Part shown: positions 62,853 to 64,000 of the stretch, piece after piece
Position numbering within the stretch: the first letter of the stretch is position 1
Layout: every line of letters starts with the position of its first letter
DNA from: a virus
Reading direction: 5' to 3' (one strand)
Virus record (IMG/VR): IMGVR_UViG_3300021478_000019
Span: 53,511 to 117,510 of that record
Length of the DNA stretch: 64,000 bases
The notes under the pieces: generated by a model
What the model saw: the letters and a program-made list of their open reading frames with translations, nothing else
What the model was told of the DNA's origin: nothing
Databases searched by the model: none
Position numbers and translations under genes: made by a program

Positions 62853-62977
62853 GCCCCCAGGCTAGGTCTGGGTGGTCGCGGTGCCGGCGCCACCCGGAGT
62901 TACGCTTTTCTTGACCGGCCTGCTATCGCCGGTCAGCTGTAAAACGCAACGACAATGCCTAGATATGGACTGCCTGC

Positions 62978-63403
62978 ATGGCTTACACATCGCGTCCGTG
63001 GATAAATAGATCAGCGGTCAAGCGGCTGTCCGATCTGCAACAGCGCTATAGCGCCATGGCCTCGCCCGGCGTGATCGAGCAGGCAGCCCAGGCGGCGGGT
63101 GGCACCATGGCCAACAGCATGCGGGTCATGATGCGATCGCAGCCTGACCTCTCTGGTTACACCGACGTGGCCAAGGGGCTGACCAGCTGGAAGGGCTACC
63201 AGGGCATCTTCGTGGGCTTGCCGCCGGGGCATGAACTGGTGGACCGGGCCAACGAGATGGAGCAGAAGTTCCCCCTCAAGCAGGTCACCGCGGACATGGA
63301 GCGCCAGACCGGAGAGACCCAGCGTTCCTTCTATGACGCCCTGGCCGATCTGGTGGGCCTCGGCCCAGGCATCGGGCCCGTGAGCCCCAGGCAGGTGACC
63401 TGA
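62978..63403 (+). CDS. Hypothetical (tail-region) protein
   Basis: Divergent start; TGATG coupling to the next gene. Confidence 0.65.
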   Translation: MAYTSRPWINRSAVKRLSDLQQRYSAMASPGVIEQAAQAAGGTMANSMRVMMRSQPDLSGYTDVAKGLTSWKGYQGIFVGLPPGHELVDRANEMEQKFPLKQVTADMERQTGETQRSFYDALADLVGLGPGIGPVSPRQVT

Positions 63404-64000
63404 TGTCGATGACTCCGACGACGCCGGTGGCCTTCGACACTCAGCCCAACCCGGCCACGGGGTTCCTCGGGCTCTACACCGAGGAGGACATGGGCCTCAA
63501 GGCCCTGCTGTCCGGGGTGACGGTCACCGACCTCAACGCCACCTGGGAGGCCCCTCGCCCGGTACCGGTGTGGTTCCACAACCCGGAGAGGGAAGAGCGG
63601 CGCATCACCTATCCCTCCATCATCATCGCCTTCGACGGTGAGCGGGTGGCCCATGAGAGAGAGCATCGGGGCTACGTGCAGCTGGGCTACCGGTACCTGC
63701 AGAACGTCCCCTTCGATAATGCCCACCCGGTGTTCCAGCAGTTCCCGATCCCCATGGATTTCGACTACACCGTCACCGTCCAGGCCCGGATCAACCAGCA
63801 CATCTCCCAGATGAGTTCCTTCCTGGCCCTGGGCCCTCTCCATCCTCGCTTCGCCGGGGTGGTCTGCCCTGGTGGGACGGTGCGCCGGCTGGAGGTACTC
63901 GGCACCACCCGGACCACCACTGTGGAGGCTGACAAGCGGCTGTTCCGGCAGATCTACCGGGTGCGGATTCCCACCGAGATTGAGGACCCGGTCGGCATCT
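63403..64000 (+). CDS. Tail terminator/completion-like protein (partial, runs off the window)
   Basis: Open frame MSMTPTTP...'VPVWFHNPE.E.R.ITYP.I.I...EREHRG...PIPMDFDYTV...GTVRRL'. Confidence 0.7.
   Translation, partial: MSMTPTTPVAFDTQPNPATGFLGLYTEEDMGLKALLSGVTVTDLNATWEAPRPVPVWFHNPEREERRITYPSIIIAFDGERVAHEREHRGYVQLGYRYLQNVPFDNAHPVFQQFPIPMDFDYTVTVQARINQHISQMSSFLALGPLHPRFAGVVCPGGTVRRLEVLGTTRTTTVEADKRLFRQIYRVRIPTEIEDPVGI

Noticed and set aside
1-64000. Genome-wide stop-codon reassignment
   Set aside because: Core genes are intact in code 11 and end with TGA, TAG and TAA; only the endolysin TGA looks like a possible local readthrough.

Overview
This window is a 64-kb piece of a high-GC tailed phage genome, most likely from a temperate actinobacterial myovirus. 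The host assignment rests on two WhiB genes, an Rpf-like gene and leaderless TANNNT promoters. The myovirus call rests on baseplate J and gp25-like genes, and the temperate call on an intact large serine integrase. Layout: a leftward HTH-rich operon (1-2.8 kb); the integrase; a secreted LysM/Rpf protein; a rightward accessory operon (6.1-9.4 kb); a minus-strand baseplate/tail block (12-21 kb); and a minus-strand replication/recombination block (23-40 kb: RuvC, Cas4-like nuclease, Hjc-like nuclease, RecA, Pol A, SSB, SNF2 helicase, primase, DnaB, DnaC, 2 WhiB). These are followed by a plus-strand head block (terminase, portal, scaffold, N4-gp56-type capsid, giant repeat protein), a minus-strand lysis/fibre/neck block (55-63 kb) and the start of a plus-strand tail block. 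The best candidate for a new system is a translationally coupled pair at 8467-9359: a beta-grasp, ubiquitin-like protein ending in -LVGG, followed by a protein with a Cys-Ala-His-Pro motif, with no E1/ThiF/JAB gene in the window. Other highlights are an RR(L/I)xRR motif shared by the termini of five proteins, a startless holin-like ORF in frame behind the endolysin TGA, AT-rich synonymous patches at conserved motifs of essential genes, and a possible SD-sequestering switch upstream of the DNA polymerase. All calls come from reading motifs by eye; no database searches were run.
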